Positions 61,539 to 64,000 of a stretch of 64,000 nt of DNA are shown here, in pieces (the stretch's first letter is position 1; each line of letters starts with the position of its first letter). Below the pieces are notes generated by a model, which saw only the letters and a list, made by a program, of their open reading frames with translations, had not been told where the DNA came from and searched no databases. Made by a program: the position numbers and the translations under genes. This DNA is from Promethearchaeota archaeon (lineage in GTDB: Archaea > Asgardarchaeota > Hermodarchaeia > Hermodarchaeales > Hermodarchaeaceae): positions 12,153 to 76,152 of the forward strand of contig JBHLMG010000001.1 in the NCBI GenBank assembly GCA_048938385.1, in the 5' to 3' direction.

Positions 61539-63731
61539 GTGCCGGAGCTTGAACGACTCGACCAGATTCCAGGAATAGGTCCTCGTCTTGCGCAAAAACT
61601 AGTGGAGCTTTTCGGCTCAGAAGACGAGGCTCTTGATATTATTAAAAACGCTCAAGTGGCAACATTAGCGAGTATCCCTGGGGTGGGCAAGAAAAAAGCT
61701 CTAGACTTAGTTCAAGAAGCTTATACGATCCGTGAGGGGATCAGCGCCTTTGAAGTGCTTAAAACTGCTGATATCCAAGAAATCTATCACCGTATTTTGG
61801 CCATAATTCAATCCTATGCACACAGTGTTTTTGCCAAAGACAAACTCACCCTTTACTACCCTCTCCCTTCTTCTAAAGTTGACGCTATTCAAAAACGGCT
61901 AAACTGGTTTCAACAAGCAGCTGAATTGGTGGAAAAAAGTTCAGCGGAGCAATTGCAGAATCTGGGTCACCTTTTAGCAAAAGCGCGACCCCTTAGGAGT
62001 GGAATAGCACTCTCGCTAGCAACCTGGAGGGTAATCCTAACAGATAATGATGAGGCACATCATCGCCTAAAAGATTTCAAAGCTGACAAAACATCGAGAC
62101 TCATTCGTCTAAAACCTGGTGAACGACTCGACGAGTACATCAAATCATACGACTATATCATTGCAGCTCTTGAAATGGGCGGAATTGGTGGAGCAGCAGA
62201 GCATGCAGGAAACTTGGAATTAGTAAAGAACGATTTCACTTTAGCTGATGTTTCTCCCGAATCCATTATTTCATTTTATGCAACTAATTACGAAACAATT
62301 GTAGCAATCTGTGACGCGGCAGACGCCTTGACACAACTTCCTGAAACTCCTGCTATAAAGCGTTTTACTGAAAGGCTCGACCTCGCAGCCATCAAAGAAT
62401 TAACCTCCATCGTGGAAAAAATTACAAGTTCGGGGGATATATCACTAGGCGCTGATACTGAGTACGATCGACTTCGATTAGCCACACAAAAATTCGAGAC
62501 CATTATTAGTGAAACTGAAATTTGGGCCAATGATAACATTCGTGAACAAATCTCAACAAGCCAAGTGGTTCTTGAAGGCGATCAGATAATCAATATTCTA
62601 GAGGCTTCAGCACAAGAAGCTATTGGGGCCGAACAACTTCGTCAATATTTACCCCCCCAAGTCTTTGACATTCTAGTTTCAGCGTTACAAAGTTCAGAGG
62701 ATCACCTTGCAGGATTATTGAAATTAAAACGGGATGAACTTGAATGGGTTGACGGTCTGTTTTCCCAGACTGTAGCATTACCTATCCAAGCTAATCGTCA
62801 ATATGCAAGTAAATTACAAAATAACTTGCGACGATCTATGCATGCACGAGAGCATCAACTCAAAGTTGAGTATGCCTCAAAACTCATTAACTTTGAAAAA
62901 GCTATCAAAGATGCCGTCCAAACACTGCTAGATTTTGATGTTTTTCAAGCGATTGGGCAGTTTGCAAAACACTATCATCTATCTGTTCCTATTATCAAAG
63001 TGGATGGTGTTGGGCTATCCTTTCGTGAAGGTCGAAATATCTTCTTATCGCAAATGGAGCGTTCTGGAAAATTAGAAGTCGTTCCCGTCTCGTACTCAAT
63101 CGGAGGCAACAGCACTGCTTCTGAGCTTACAAAAGGAGAGCGAGTTGTACTGCTCTCAGGAGCCAATAGTGGTGGTAAAAGTTGTTTACTCCAAAACATC
63201 GCTCAAATAGCCATTCTCGCACAAATGGGAATGCTGGTTCCAGCAAAACAAGCAGAAGTGGGTATCTTCGATGAGCTTTATTATTACGCCAAAGCAACGG
63301 GCATGTTATCTGCAGGCGCATTTGAATCTTCATTGACTAATCTAGCGAATATTGTGCTTAGTGATGCTTCGAAGTTGGCATGCTTTGATGAATGGGAAGC
63401 AAGTACAGAACCAGGTGCTGCTGCCAAAGTGGTCGCGGCGGTTCTTGAGCTTTTTTCCGAGAACCCTAACTCCTGCGTTATCTTTGTATCACACCTCGCT
63501 GAGGATATCACCAAACTCACTCGTACCCCCATTCGAGTCGACGGTATCGAGGCAACGGGATTAGATTCGCAACTCAATCTAATCGTTACTCGTTCACCCC
63601 AATTTGGAAAAATTGCGAAATCAACCCCTGAACTTATCGTAGAAAGGCTTTATCGTTCTTCTCGGGATCGAAAACAAGAAGTCTTTAAGCGTATCTTAGA
63701 ACTTGTCCGAGGTCAAGAGGTTAGTAATTAA
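61539..63731 (+). CDS. MutS-family ATPase with N-terminal helix-hairpin-helix repeats (archaeal MutS2-like; no mismatch-binding domain seen)
   Basis: ORF track from TTG 61524. I prefer GTG 61539, 6 nt after GGGAGGA. HhH repeats IPGIGPRLAQKLV and IPGVGKKKALDL. Domain V Walker A LLSGANSGGKSCLLQNI, Walker B FDEWEASTEP, VSHL. Confidence 0.75.
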   Translation: MPELERLDQIPGIGPRLAQKLVELFGSEDEALDIIKNAQVATLASIPGVGKKKALDLVQEAYTIREGISAFEVLKTADIQEIYHRILAIIQSYAHSVFAKDKLTLYYPLPSSKVDAIQKRLNWFQQAAELVEKSSAEQLQNLGHLLAKARPLRSGIALSLATWRVILTDNDEAHHRLKDFKADKTSRLIRLKPGERLDEYIKSYDYIIAALEMGGIGGAAEHAGNLELVKNDFTLADVSPESIISFYATNYETIVAICDAADALTQLPETPAIKRFTERLDLAAIKELTSIVEKITSSGDISLGADTEYDRLRLATQKFETIISETEIWANDNIREQISTSQVVLEGDQIINILEASAQEAIGAEQLRQYLPPQVFDILVSALQSSEDHLAGLLKLKRDELEWVDGLFSQTVALPIQANRQYASKLQNNLRRSMHAREHQLKVEYASKLINFEKAIKDAVQTLLDFDVFQAIGQFAKHYHLSVPIIKVDGVGLSFREGRNIFLSQMERSGKLEVVPVSYSIGGNSTASELTKGERVVLLSGANSGGKSCLLQNIAQIAILAQMGMLVPAKQAEVGIFDELYYYAKATGMLSAGAFESSLTNLANIVLSDASKLACFDEWEASTEPGAAAKVVAAVLELFSENPNSCVIFVSHLAEDITKLTRTPIRVDGIEATGLDSQLNLIVTRSPQFGKIAKSTPELIVERLYRSSRDRKQEVFKRILELVRGQEVSN

Positions 63732-64000
63732 GAGCTTTTACTCGGTTGACTCCATCAAATTTGTTTACCAACGCTACGATTGTTTCTGGCACTAGGGTTT
63801 TCCAATCCTCACCAGTAATCATCCTACGGCGAACTTCATTTCCTTGGTACTTGTCTTTTTTATACAAAGAGATGCGTTTTACAGAAATTCCGTGCTTTGA
63901 GAATAATTGCTCACTAGTATCTGAACCCGTATAGACCGTTCCAAAGGGTGGAACATAGGATCTAACATGGTCCACCCATTTTGGATAGTTATCGATATCA
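63721..64000 (-). CDS. nadM: nicotinamide-nucleotide adenylyltransferase (archaeal NadM type), N-terminus outside the window
   Basis: The frame is open to the window edge (..DIDNYPKWVDHVRSYVPPFGTVYTGS...YQGNEVRRRMITGEDWKTLVPE..), matching the C-terminal half of archaeal NMNAT. The track start at 63975 is an internal GTG. Confidence 0.75.
   Translation of the reverse strand, partial: DIDNYPKWVDHVRSYVPPFGTVYTGSDTSEQLFSKHGISVKRISLYKKDKYQGNEVRRRMITGEDWKTLVPETIVALVNKFDGVNRVKALNY

Noticed and set aside
1-64000. A look for CRISPR arrays, rRNA genes, IS elements, transposases, integrases, inteins and long dispersed repeats.
   Set aside because: I saw none: no regularly spaced direct repeats, no DDE, tyrosine- or serine-recombinase motifs, and no intein-sized insertions in RFC, PolD DP1, EF-2 or Orc1. 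This was a reading by eye, so short or degenerate repeats could have been missed.

Overview
This is a 64-kb chromosomal segment of an archaeon at roughly 40% GC by eye. Eukaryote-like markers point to an Asgard-type (Loki-/Thor-like) lineage: a ribophorin-I-like protein, an MglA/Arf-like small GTPase next to tandem Roadblock/LC7 domains, eS25 and eS17. That placement is inference only. The window is gene dense and mostly housekeeping.

Main content:
- Replication: a replication origin with three near-identical ORB boxes next to orc1/cdc6. Nearby are the PolD small subunit, a second orc1/cdc6, and RFC large and small subunits.
- Other recognisable genes: HypF, a MoxR-type AAA+/VWA pair, TfrAB-like fumarate reductase facing a two-subunit class I fumarase, a CdrS-like RHH gene plus FtsZ, a Tad/archaeal type IV pilus locus, TFB, archaeosine TGT, PAC2, a nucleoside phosphorylase, a MutS-like ATPase and NMNAT.
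- An N-glycosylation neighbourhood: ribophorin-I-like protein, sugar oxidoreductase, acetyltransferase, TrmB regulator and a GT4 GlcNAc-1-P transferase.

Most unusual observations:
1. An EF-2 homologue with intact GTPase motifs is split by a 31-nt out-of-frame insert exactly inside the RG/ITI switch-I motif. It also lacks the diphthamide histidine.
2. All five tRNA genes carry introns, eight in total: initiator tRNA with two, tRNA-Gln with three, and D-loop, T-loop and 29/30 positions.
3. An A_AAT_TTC slippery heptamer plus hairpin at the end of the MoxR gene would fuse it in the -1 frame to the VWA gene through an acidic linker.
4. A roughly 200-nt GC-rich structured RNA candidate of no class I can assign lies next to the initiator tRNA.
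5. A three-member lineage-specific paralogue family of tandem Lrp/AsnC-like modules.

I saw no rRNA, CRISPR array, transposase or integrase.
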